Assembly (NCBI GenBank): GCA_963821845.1 | Contig: CAWGFI010000006.1 | Location: 513,478-577,477 of the forward strand | Direction: 5' to 3' | Length of the DNA stretch: 64,000 nt | From: an uncultured delta proteobacterium | GTDB taxonomy: Bacteria; Desulfobacterota; Desulfarculia; JACQYL01; CAWGVV01 | Shown: positions 1 through 8,104 of the stretch, piece by piece | How the letters are laid out: every line of letters starts with the position of its first letter | Numbering within the stretch: position 1 is the stretch's first letter | The notes under the pieces: model-generated | The model's database searches: none | What the model was told of the DNA's origin: nothing | Seen by the model: only the letters and a program-made list of their open reading frames with translations | Made by a program: the position numbers and the translations under genes

Positions 1-667
1 CGCTTTCCGACGTGTAGGTGCCGCCCACGGACCATTGGTCGTTGATCTGATAGCTCACGCCCAACCGCCCGGCAAAGGTAAAACTGGTCAGGTCTTCCAC
101 CCGTTGCCCCATGGGCAGATTGGGGAGAAAATCGTACTCGAGCGTGGCGTAGCCCGCGAAGAAGCTCGCTCCCACGGTGAACTTGTCGGTCACGTTATAG
201 GCCACGGTGGGCGAAAGTCTGAGGAACCCTACTTCGGACTTCAGATCGTCCTTTACGCCGGGCTGCAATTCCACATCCTGAAAATCGACGCCCATCCCGC
301 CCTGGGCGAACGCGCCGATACCCACGGACCAGCGGCTGGTTCCGATCCGTTGGGCGTACCCCATGAAGGGCAGGGGAAAGAGCTGGAATTCGTTGTCGGT
401 TCCGCTTCCTCCCGGAGGCGTGGCCTTCATGTCGGGCATGAGGAACGCGCCGCCCACTGAAATAACCCGATTACAGGTGGTGGCCAACTGAGCCGGATTT
501 CCGGCGATGGCCGTGCATCCGGCGGGAACCGCCACATCAGCGCCGCCCATGCCCGAAGCGACCGCGCCGGTCCCGATCATGTTCATTCCGTTGGTCGCCC
601 ATGAAGCCACGGGCGCGAGCCACATCAAAACCGCCGCTAGTACAATTTGAACAACCTTCTGTTTCAT
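1..667 (-). CDS. Outer-membrane transport protein, FadL/OmpP1/TodX family (partial; C-terminus lies beyond the window start)
   Basis: Not in the ORF track because it runs off the window. My minus-strand translation from the ATG at 667 gives MKQKVVQIVLAAVLMWLAPVASWATNGMNMIGTGAVASGMGGADVAV...GASFFAGYATLEYDF...SVGGTYTSES. This is a signal peptide followed by a Gly/aromatic-rich beta-barrel pattern. The + ORF 35..460 is its antisense shadow. Confidence 0.6.
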   Translation of the reverse strand, partial: MKQKVVQIVLAAVLMWLAPVASWATNGMNMIGTGAVASGMGGADVAVPAGCTAIAGNPAQLATTCNRVISVGGAFLMPDMKATPPGGSGTDNEFQLFPLPFMGYAQRIGTSRWSVGIGAFAQGGMGVDFQDVELQPGVKDDLKSEVGFLRLSPTVAYNVTDKFTVGASFFAGYATLEYDFLPNLPMGQRVEDLTSFTFAGRLGVSYQINDQWSVGGTYTSES

Positions 668-966
668 ACCCCCTCCTTTTCACGCAGTTCTCCTGTCGTC
701 TTACATCGGACGAGCCTATCCATCCGGACAAACGCGGTCCGTTATTTCTCCTTTATGATGGATAATATGAGCTTACCGAGGCTGAGATGGAGAATCCGAA
801 TCAGCGCATACGAAGATGAAACCGGGTATCCGGCTTTTGTGTCGGCCCGGGAGCGAACGCCGCCTCGGAACGCCCTGCGCCGGAAATCCCCCCTACCGGG
901 ACTTTCCGGGCATAAGGACAAATCTCTCTACAACAAAGGCCGGGAGCGGTCCCGGCCTCTGTCGAA

Positions 967-1515
967 CTAAATGAACAACGTTATATTGCAGTGCGAGGCG
1001 ACTTCGAGGAAAGTCGCGGCCCCCCCGACTTCCATTTCATCGATGAGATCTTCTCTTTTTACACCCATGACGTCCATGGTCATCTGGCAGCCGATAAGCC
1101 GGACTTCCGATTCGATGCACATATCGAGGAGTTCCGGGATGCTGGGGACGTTCTGCGCGCCCATCCATTTGTTCATCATCATGGTGGCCATGGCCGTCAT
1201 GCCCGGAATGGCGCCGATGATGTTGGGCATGGGGACCGGCATGGCCGGGTTGCCCAGTGGCGGAACCTTGAGATTCTTGTTTTTCTTCTTGTTGAGGATG
1301 TCCAGACCGTAGAAGGTGAAAAAGATGGCCGATTCGATGTCCAGAGCGGCGCAGGTCGTGGCCAGGATAAGCGGCGGGTAGGCCATGTCCAAAGTGCCCT
1401 TGGAAGCGATAATCGCCGCGCGCGGCTCCAGTTTTTCCTTCAAAAGAGCTTCAACGCGTTTTTCGACTTCGGCTTGTACGGTTTTTTCGATGTACGCCGC
1501 AATCTCTGTATCCAT
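967..1515 (-). CDS. DsrE/DsrF-like sulfur-relay family protein (COG2210-type, often annotated 'peroxiredoxin family protein')
   Basis: Lies in ORF 967..1599. The likely start is the internal Met (MDTEIAAYIEK...) at 1515. Diagnostic blocks are AAIIASKGTLDMAYPPLILATT, FFTFYGLDIL and RLIGCQMTMDVMG. Confidence 0.65.
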   Translation of the reverse strand: MDTEIAAYIEKTVQAEVEKRVEALLKEKLEPRAAIIASKGTLDMAYPPLILATTCAALDIESAIFFTFYGLDILNKKKNKNLKVPPLGNPAMPVPMPNIIGAIPGMTAMATMMMNKWMGAQNVPSIPELLDMCIESEVRLIGCQMTMDVMGVKREDLIDEMEVGGAATFLEVASHCNITLFI

Positions 1516-1571
1516 GAAAAACCCCTTTCCCTGGAAGGCCCCTTGACCCGCCCGGACCGGCGGATCGAGGT

Positions 1572-1865
1572 TTATTTTTTGCCACTGTCCTGAATGCACT
1601 TTACGATTTTAAACACTTCCGGCCGGATCACCGAATAATAGACACACGTGGCGTCACGGCGGGAACCGAGAATGCCCTTCATTTTCATGGTGTTCAGGTG
1701 TTGGGATGTCGCCGACTGGGAGGCGTCCAAGGCGGTGGAAATTTCTCCCACCGTATGCTCGCCGTTCTGCAGGACCTCCACGATTTTGAGCCGCAGAGGG
1801 TGCCCCATGGTTTTCAACATCGAAGCCGCTTCTTCCAGGATTACTTCATCCATTGCCTTAACCAT
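1572..1865 (-). CDS. ArsR/SmtB-family winged-helix transcriptional regulator
   Basis: 97 aa. Contains LKTMGHPLRLKIVEVLQNGEHTVGEISTALDASQSATSQHLNTMKMKGIL, the canonical ArsR HTH. Two Cys residues (ATCVYY, VKCIQ). Sits directly upstream of the DsrE-like gene on the same strand. Confidence 0.85.
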   Translation of the reverse strand: MVKAMDEVILEEAASMLKTMGHPLRLKIVEVLQNGEHTVGEISTALDASQSATSQHLNTMKMKGILGSRRDATCVYYSVIRPEVFKIVKCIQDSGKK

Positions 1866-1877
1866 AAAAATTTCCTT

Positions 1878-1897
1878 ATATTAAAATATACTAATAT
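1878..1897. promoter_or_regulatory. AT-rich 6-8-6 inverted repeat (ATATTA-n8-TAATAT) just upstream of the arsR-like gene; candidate operator
   Basis: Read directly from the sequence. It lies 13 bp upstream of the ArsR start, in the divergent intergenic region. No experimental or comparative support. Confidence 0.25.
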
Positions 1898-2242
1898 TAT
1901 AATGTCAAGGATTAACTTCCACGCCGGAATTATTTCCGGCCCCGATCTTTGGGACAAGCGATGACGTTAAAGCGGTCGGGCCGTTCTGTCAAGAAAGCGC
2001 CGTTTTTTGACATTTTTTGACAGTGCGATAACAATGAACGCTTGCAAAGCGGTTCGGCAATCTCTATAAAGATGGTTAAATAAAGCAGAAAAATAAAAAA
2101 GGCGGGCATCCTGGCCCCAATTTCTCGTGGTATTGTTTTTGCATTGTCTCTCTTCGCGCAATTGCTCGCTTTTTTACCTTTGTAGTCCTTATCGCATCTC
2201 AGTATCAATACGCGCCATTATAACAATCCTGGGGGATTATTC

Positions 2243-2623
2243 ATGAAATACCGGAAAGTTTTGGTGTTCGGGGGCGTCTTGGCCGCCTTGCTTTTACTCA
2301 TGCTCCAAACCGGCCATGCGGCGTGGTACCAGGTGACCACGAGACTGGTCGATCAGAACGAAAATCCGCTCGTCAGCAAGCGGGCGCAGGTTTACGGGGT
2401 GTTCATTTCAATCATATACCCGGATGAGGATGTTCCGGGTAGAGTTCGCGTACATTGGACGGATAACGGCGGATATTCTTCCCAGACCGTGGAAATACGG
2501 CCCACCGTAATCGTGGAGGAGGCTTACTTGTACGACGGCTTTACCTATCGGCCTCTGGAAATTCTGGAAGTCAAACAGATCGGCGATCTGAGCTACGAAG
2601 TTATGGTGTCGAACCCGGAATAA
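2243..2623 (+). CDS. Hypothetical secreted protein
   Basis: 126 aa. N-terminal signal peptide MKYRKVLVFGGVLAALLLLMLQTGHAAW. A GGGGG/ATTATTC RBS-like stretch lies upstream. No recognisable family. Confidence 0.5.
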   Translation: MKYRKVLVFGGVLAALLLLMLQTGHAAWYQVTTRLVDQNENPLVSKRAQVYGVFISIIYPDEDVPGRVRVHWTDNGGYSSQTVEIRPTVIVEEAYLYDGFTYRPLEILEVKQIGDLSYEVMVSNPE

Positions 2624-2661
2624 CGCTTTCGGGCCGTCATTTTGGATAGGCCGGAAACCGT

Positions 2662-2942
2662 TCACCGTTCCGTCCGGAGCGCCTTTTCGATCTTCGACGA
2701 AAGGTCGCGTATGTCAAAGGGTTTCTGCGGAAAACCGTCACAGCCTCGTTCCAGTATCTTCGACGCCTGACCTTCCACGCTGTACCCGCTGGAAAGGATC
2801 AGCTTTACCCGAGGTTTGATCTTCTTCAACTAGTCATAGGTTTCGCCGCCGCTCAGTCCTATTGGCGATAAGCACGACTTCTTTATCATCCACCAGCAGC
2901 GCAAGTCGCTTCCCGGCGTCAAAACACGTGGAAATCGGCCAT
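2662..2942 (-). pseudogene. Response-regulator receiver domain remnant (internal deletion, frameshift and in-frame TAG)
   Basis: Minus-strand translation gives ...RLALLVDDKEVVLIAN / IGLSGGETYD*LKKIKPRVKLILSSGYSVEGQASKILERGCDGFPQKPFDIRDLSSKIEKALRTER*. The C-terminal REC half is clear. The N-terminal half is collapsed and interrupted. Confidence 0.55.
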
Positions 2943-3103
2943 GGTTTCCGGTATTATCACGGACCATGCTTTGCGCGGAGCGATTCGGGCCGAGATTGCC
3001 GCGCGGTTATTCCGCTCTGCTTCACGCTCCCACGCGCGGGCGTACGCTCAGTCCCGGCTCCTTCCCGAGAAGGAATCCGGAATTCGCCAGAAAGAGGTCC
3101 ATT

Positions 3104-4483
3104 GTGGATGAAACAATCAAAAAGAAACTGAAAGAGATCGTTGGAGAGGAAAATTACACCGACCAACTGATCGATCTGATCTCCTATTCCCGTGACGCTT
3201 CCCAGCATAAGGAACGGCCCTTCGCCGCCGTATGGCCCACGGACGCCGAGCAGGTATCGAAAATACTCATATTGGCCAACGAACAAAACTTCGCCGTCAC
3301 CCCGCGCGGGGCGGGCACCAGCCTGTCGGGTTCCGCGGTTCCGGCGCATGGCGGCGTGGTGCTGGACCTGGCCAAGATGAACAAAATCGTGGACGTTCGC
3401 ATCGCGGACCGGCTCGCGGTGGTCCAGCCCGGCGTGGTCTACGCGGATCTGGACAAGGCGCTCGCGCCGTTCGGCTTCTGTTTTCCCCCGGACCCCGCCA
3501 GCGGCAAGGTGTGCACCATCGGTGGCAACGTGTCCACCAACGCGGGAGGCGTCAAAGGCGCCAAATACGGCGTGACCAGGGATTACGTCATGGGGCTGGA
3601 AGTGGTGTTGCCCGACGGCCGGATCACCCGCACCGGCTCCTATTGCATGAAATCTTCGTCCGGCTACGATCTCACCCGGATTTTCGTGGGCGCCGAAGGC
3701 ACGCTCGGCATCATCACCGAAATAACGCTCAAGATTAATCCCAAGCCGCTGGTAACCAGCACGGGAATGGCCACCTTCGCCGAACTCAAGAACGCCGGCC
3801 GGGCCGTCACCGATATCATGCATTCCGGCGTCATTCCCAGCGTGCTGGAAGTGATGGACGAAAACACCATCCGGGTATTGCGGCAGTATGCGGACTTCGA
3901 TCTGCCCGACGTCATGGCCATCATCCTGGTGGAAACCGACGGTTACACCAAGGAGGAAGCGGCCTTTCAGATGTCCAAGATAGAAGCCATCTTCACCGAC
4001 AACAAGGCCACCGAAATCAAGATGGCCCAGTCCCGCGAAGAAGCCGAAAAGTTGTGGAAGATCAGAAAGAACATCGGCAGCATCGCCTCCCAGATACGCG
4101 CCAACAGCGTGGCCGAGGATGTGACGGTGCCCATGTCCAAAGTACCCGAACTGCTGACCGGAGTGTCGGCCATCGTGAAAAAATACGATCTCCCCTTTGT
4201 GATCTTCGGACACGCCGGAGACGGGAATCTGCATCCGCGCATCATGTACGATCAGAGCGACCCCGACCAGGTGGAACGGCTGCACCGCGCGGTGCGCGAA
4301 ATTTTCGAACTGACCTGTAATCTGGGCGGCACGCTTTCCGGCGAACACGGCATCGGTTTGGCCAAGGCGCCCTACATGGCGTTGGAACATGACGCGGTGT
4401 CCATCGATCTCATGCGGTCGCTGAAAAAACTGTTCGACCCCCACAACATCCTCAACCCCGGCAAGATGTCGCTCGACGGCTGA
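3104..4483 (+). CDS. FAD-linked oxidase, GlcD / D-lactate dehydrogenase-like
   Basis: Lies in ORF 2966..4483. I prefer the GTG at 3104, which is preceded by AAAGAGG. FAD-binding PCMH blocks are FAVTPRGAGTSLSGSAVP and IGGNVSTNAGG. The C-terminal block is GGTLSGEHGIGLAK...FDPHNILNPGK. Confidence 0.85.
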   Translation: MDETIKKKLKEIVGEENYTDQLIDLISYSRDASQHKERPFAAVWPTDAEQVSKILILANEQNFAVTPRGAGTSLSGSAVPAHGGVVLDLAKMNKIVDVRIADRLAVVQPGVVYADLDKALAPFGFCFPPDPASGKVCTIGGNVSTNAGGVKGAKYGVTRDYVMGLEVVLPDGRITRTGSYCMKSSSGYDLTRIFVGAEGTLGIITEITLKINPKPLVTSTGMATFAELKNAGRAVTDIMHSGVIPSVLEVMDENTIRVLRQYADFDLPDVMAIILVETDGYTKEEAAFQMSKIEAIFTDNKATEIKMAQSREEAEKLWKIRKNIGSIASQIRANSVAEDVTVPMSKVPELLTGVSAIVKKYDLPFVIFGHAGDGNLHPRIMYDQSDPDQVERLHRAVREIFELTCNLGGTLSGEHGIGLAKAPYMALEHDAVSIDLMRSLKKLFDPHNILNPGKMSLDG

Positions 4484-4519
4484 AATAACGCGGCGTTCCC
4501 CGCCGCTTGAAAGGAATCC

Positions 4520-5809
4520 ATGTACGCCATACCCTACGGCAAAGATCGACTTGAATTCGAAGCCCCGTCCGGCGCCCGCGTCGACGTGGTGACGTCCAAG
4601 GACATTCCTCCCCTGGCGGACGTGAAGGCGGCGGTGGCCGCGGCCCTGCGCGAACCGGTGGCCTCCCCGCGCCTGCGGGAAATCGCCAAACCCGGCAATT
4701 CCGTCTGTATCGTGTTTACCGACATCACCCGTTCCAGTCCGGACCACATCATGGTCCCGGCGCTCCTGGCCGAACTGGAAGCGGCCGGCGTACGCGACGA
4801 AGACATCACCCTGCTGTGCGGTATCGGCATGCATCGCGACAGCACGCCGGAAGAAAAAATAGTCAAGCTCGGCAGGGAAGTGGTCGACCGCTACCGGGTT
4901 GTGGATCACGAGCCGCAAAATCCGGCCGCCCTGGTCGACCTGGGAACCAGCGAAAGCGGGATTCCACTGTCGGTCAACAAGATCGCCTTTGAGTCGGATC
5001 TGCTTATCGCCACCGGCATCGTGGAACCCCACCAATACGCGGGATACTCCGGCGGACGCAAAACCCTGGCCGTGGGAGCGGCGGGCGAAAAGATGATCGC
5101 CTACACCCACGGTCCGGCCATGATCGACCATCCCGGCGTCCGGCTGGGACAGACCGAAAACAACCCCTTTCATGAAGCCATAACCGAAGCGGCCAAACGG
5201 GCGGGACTGCGCTTTATCATCAACGTGGTGCAGGACGACGACAAACGGCCGGTGGCGGTGTATGCGGGAGCCCCGGAAGCGGCCTTTGAAAAGCTCATCG
5301 CCGTGGCGCGGGACCTCTACGTGGCCCCCATCGAGCGCCAGTACGATATTGCCGTGGCGGGCGTGGGCTTTCCCAAGGACGCCAACATCTATCAGGCCAG
5401 CCGCGCGGCCAGCTACCTGTTCTTCGCCCCCACCAGCGTGGTCAGGGACGGCGGCGTCATTATCATACCCGCGCCCACCGAGGAAGGCGCCGGGCACGGC
5501 GTGGGCGAACAGCGCTTCCTGGAAGTCATGCGCAACGCCGGAGCCATGGGAACGCTGCTGGACGACATGCGCCGCGACGGCTATCCTCCCGGAGTTCAAC
5601 GCGCCTTTATCATGGCCAAAGTGCTGGAAAAAAACGAAGTCATCATCGTGGGCTCGGAAACGCCCGATCTGGTAAGGGACTCCAAGATGATTCCCGCCGC
5701 GACCATGGACGAAGCCTTCGCCCTGGCCTGCAAGACTCTGGGAAAACAGAACCCGGATATCATCATCGTGCCCCACGCCCTGCTGACCTTGCCCATCGTG
5801 CAATCGTAG
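4520..5809 (+). CDS. larA: LarA-like nickel-pincer (NPN) dependent 2-hydroxyacid racemase/epimerase (DUF2088)
   Basis: 429 aa. The motif VEPHQYAGYSGGRKTLAVG matches the LarA H..AG(F/Y)SGG.K active-site block. Sits 37 bp downstream of the GlcD-like gene on the same strand. Confidence 0.75.
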   Translation: MYAIPYGKDRLEFEAPSGARVDVVTSKDIPPLADVKAAVAAALREPVASPRLREIAKPGNSVCIVFTDITRSSPDHIMVPALLAELEAAGVRDEDITLLCGIGMHRDSTPEEKIVKLGREVVDRYRVVDHEPQNPAALVDLGTSESGIPLSVNKIAFESDLLIATGIVEPHQYAGYSGGRKTLAVGAAGEKMIAYTHGPAMIDHPGVRLGQTENNPFHEAITEAAKRAGLRFIINVVQDDDKRPVAVYAGAPEAAFEKLIAVARDLYVAPIERQYDIAVAGVGFPKDANIYQASRAASYLFFAPTSVVRDGGVIIIPAPTEEGAGHGVGEQRFLEVMRNAGAMGTLLDDMRRDGYPPGVQRAFIMAKVLEKNEVIIVGSETPDLVRDSKMIPAATMDEAFALACKTLGKQNPDIIIVPHALLTLPIVQS

Positions 5810-6026
5810 GGGACGAAAGATTAAAGGGCTTTAAGCTTTGTTTAAAGCTTGGCGGGGGAAATTTTTTCGTGAAATCCCGACTTTGTCGGGACCCCGCGTC
5901 CCTTTCAAAAAGCTTTCGATGTTTAACTATGATTTTTCCCTGAACTTCTTGGTAGGATGGCGTAGAGCGGAGCGAAACCCATCATAACTACGGGCTTTGG
6001 CCGATTGTCAATGCGTCGTTAATGTC

Positions 6027-6057
6027 TCGTCATTCCGCGACTTGATCACGGAATCCA
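6027..6057 (+). repeat. 31-nt hairpin-forming repeat (tcgtcattccgcgacttgatcacggaatcca), copy 1
   Basis: Matches the reverse complement of 6252..6282 at 26/31 positions. All five differences fall in the stem; four form two compensated base pairs, and the fifth adds a pair that extends the stem in copy 2. Confidence 0.6.
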
Positions 6058-6251
6058 TCACGCATGAGGTGTCGAAAACGCGGCGCCGCCGCTCTGCCCC
6101 CTGTCGAATCTTTATTTTTGAAAAGCCTGAGATGTATTATTAATTTACGGGACGGCTTCTTTCCAAGGAATTACTGGGATCTCACGCCAAACCCGAAGCT
6201 GAAAAAGGCGGCCGAACGGTACCGGCGATCGAACGAGACGTCTGAAAATAC

Positions 6252-6282
6252 TGGACCCCGCGATCAAGTCGCGGGGTGACGA
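6252..6282 (-). repeat. 31-nt hairpin-forming repeat, copy 2 (inverted orientation)
   Basis: The plus strand reads tggaccccgcgatcaagtcgcggggtgacga. Its reverse complement aligns to 6027..6057. Confidence 0.6.
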
Positions 6283-6469
6283 AATGCGCTTACGTGGTTT
6301 TGTCGATGGTGTCAGGCATTGGCGCGGGCGTTCGCCCCTCACCCAGCTCTCTCCCAAAGGGCGAGGGAGTTCTACAAGGTTCGCTCTCCCGCCGGGAGAG
6401 GGGAACCTTCTTTTTTCTGGACGCCTCGGTCAAGAGACTGGGTCACAATTAATTTTTTGCCATTTTTAG

Positions 6470-6515
6470 CCACAATATATTGAATATCAAATAGTAACTA
6501 CACAGTATATTGTGG
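6470..6515. repeat. Perfect 10-bp inverted repeat CCACAATATA-n26-TATATTGTGG in an AT-rich patch 3' of the efflux operon
   Basis: Read directly. Arms are at 6470-6479 and 6506-6515. Lies about 100 bp downstream of the oprM-like stop codon. Confidence 0.5.
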
Positions 6516-6617
6516 GTAGAGCAGCCATCTTTTTGATTACGACACAGTCGCCAAGCCGGGGCGTGACGAGTGAGGGGACGCGTTGTCATTCGAGGGAAGA
6601 AATTCCCCCGAACTCTT

Positions 6618-8072
6618 TCATTTTTCTACCAGGTTGGCCGTGGTCATGGGCGCGGTATCATTCGATTCGGCGCCGCCGCCCAATACGGCGTAGAGCCGTA
6701 CCTGGTTGGCGAGCATCGCCAGACGGATGGCTATGAGTCCCTGCTGCGCGGCGTAGAGAGAACGCTGCGCGTCCAGCACGTTCAGGTAGATGTCGGTTCC
6801 TTTTTCATACCGGGCGTTGGAAAGACGGTAGGCTTCCGCGTTGGCCGTGACCAGCGATTCCTGCGCCGCCATTTGATCTCCCAGAGTTCCCCGACCGGCG
6901 AGCGCGTCGGCCACTTCCCGGAACGCCGACTGAATGGCCCCCTCGTACTGGGCCACGGCTATTTTCTGTTGCACCTTGGTAGCTTCAAGGGCAGGACGCA
7001 GACGCGCGTCGAAAATGGGCATGGCGATTTGCGGCGCGTAGTTCCAGGCAAAGGAACCGGATTTGAAGAGGCTGCCCAGATCGTCGCTCGCTATTCCGAT
7101 GGCCGTGGTGAGCGAAATGCGGGGAAAGAATGCCGCGCGCGCAACGCCGATATTGGCGTTGGCCGCCTTGAGCAGACTTTCCGCCTGCTGGATATCCGGG
7201 CGGCGCAGCAGCGTCTCTGAAGAAAGCCCTGGTGAAACGTCCGGCAGCGGGGCAACGGAACTCAATCCTTCAGGCAGAAGATCGTCCGGCACGGGCGATC
7301 CCACCAGCAGGTCCAGCGCGTTTTCATCCAGAGCAATGAGTTGCGTATAGCGGACCACGTCCACGCGAGCCGCATCCACGCGCGTTTGAGCCTGTCGGAG
7401 ATCCAGTTGCGAGGTGAGCCCGACCTGTTCGCGGTGTCCGATCAGATCGTAAGCGTCGCGCTGGCTTTGGAGCGTGGACTGAGCCAGTTTGTAATTTTCC
7501 CGATCCGCGGCCAGGGTCAGGTACGCGTTGGCGGTTTCGGAAATCAACAGGATCTGAACGCCCCGGCGAGCCTGCTCCGTGGCCAGGTATTCCTCCAGAG
7601 ACCGCTGTTCCAGGCTTCGAATCCGGCCGAAAAAGTCGATCTCCCAAGCCGTGACGCCCAGGTTGACGCTATACTGATCCACGTTGGTCGCTTTCCCGCT
7701 GTTGGAGATGCCCTCGGGAACGCGTTGACTGATGGCTCTGCCGGTCGCGTCGACAGTCGGGTAAATCTCGGCTCGCTGGATGCGGTACAAGGCTCGGGCC
7801 TGTTCGACATTCAGGGCCGCCAACCGCAGGTCCCGGTTTTGTTCCAGGGCCGTTTCGATAATGGTCTGGAGGCGCTCATCCATGAAGAATTCGCGCCATT
7901 GCAGGTCCGTGGCCAGGGGAGCGCCCTGAAGCGACGAGGTTTCCCGGTAGGCCGGGCCGTTGGGCCATTGTTCCGGGACCGGCGCCGCAGGGCGCGAGTA
8001 TTCCGGAATCATGGTGCAACCGGCGATCAGAACGACGGTCAGCGCCAGAAGTGAAAGCTTCTTTCCCGACAT
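6618..8072 (-). CDS. RND efflux outer-membrane lipoprotein, NodT/OprM family
   Basis: 484 aa, intact. Lipobox LIAGC. Shows the two OEP repeats typical of the TolC/OprM family. Confidence 0.9.
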   Translation of the reverse strand: MSGKKLSLLALTVVLIAGCTMIPEYSRPAAPVPEQWPNGPAYRETSSLQGAPLATDLQWREFFMDERLQTIIETALEQNRDLRLAALNVEQARALYRIQRAEIYPTVDATGRAISQRVPEGISNSGKATNVDQYSVNLGVTAWEIDFFGRIRSLEQRSLEEYLATEQARRGVQILLISETANAYLTLAADRENYKLAQSTLQSQRDAYDLIGHREQVGLTSQLDLRQAQTRVDAARVDVVRYTQLIALDENALDLLVGSPVPDDLLPEGLSSVAPLPDVSPGLSSETLLRRPDIQQAESLLKAANANIGVARAAFFPRISLTTAIGIASDDLGSLFKSGSFAWNYAPQIAMPIFDARLRPALEATKVQQKIAVAQYEGAIQSAFREVADALAGRGTLGDQMAAQESLVTANAEAYRLSNARYEKGTDIYLNVLDAQRSLYAAQQGLIAIRLAMLANQVRLYAVLGGGAESNDTAPMTTANLVEK

Positions 8073-8104
8073 GTCAGCGCGCCTCCGAAAGACGCCCTGC
8101 GTCT

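Noticed and set aside
2957-5803. 948-aa ORF on the minus strand spanning the GlcD-like and LarA-like genes
   Set aside because: It is an antisense shadow in high-GC DNA. The product is low-complexity (Gly/Arg/His/Val-rich) with no domain pattern. Both plus-strand genes have clear family motifs and RBSs.
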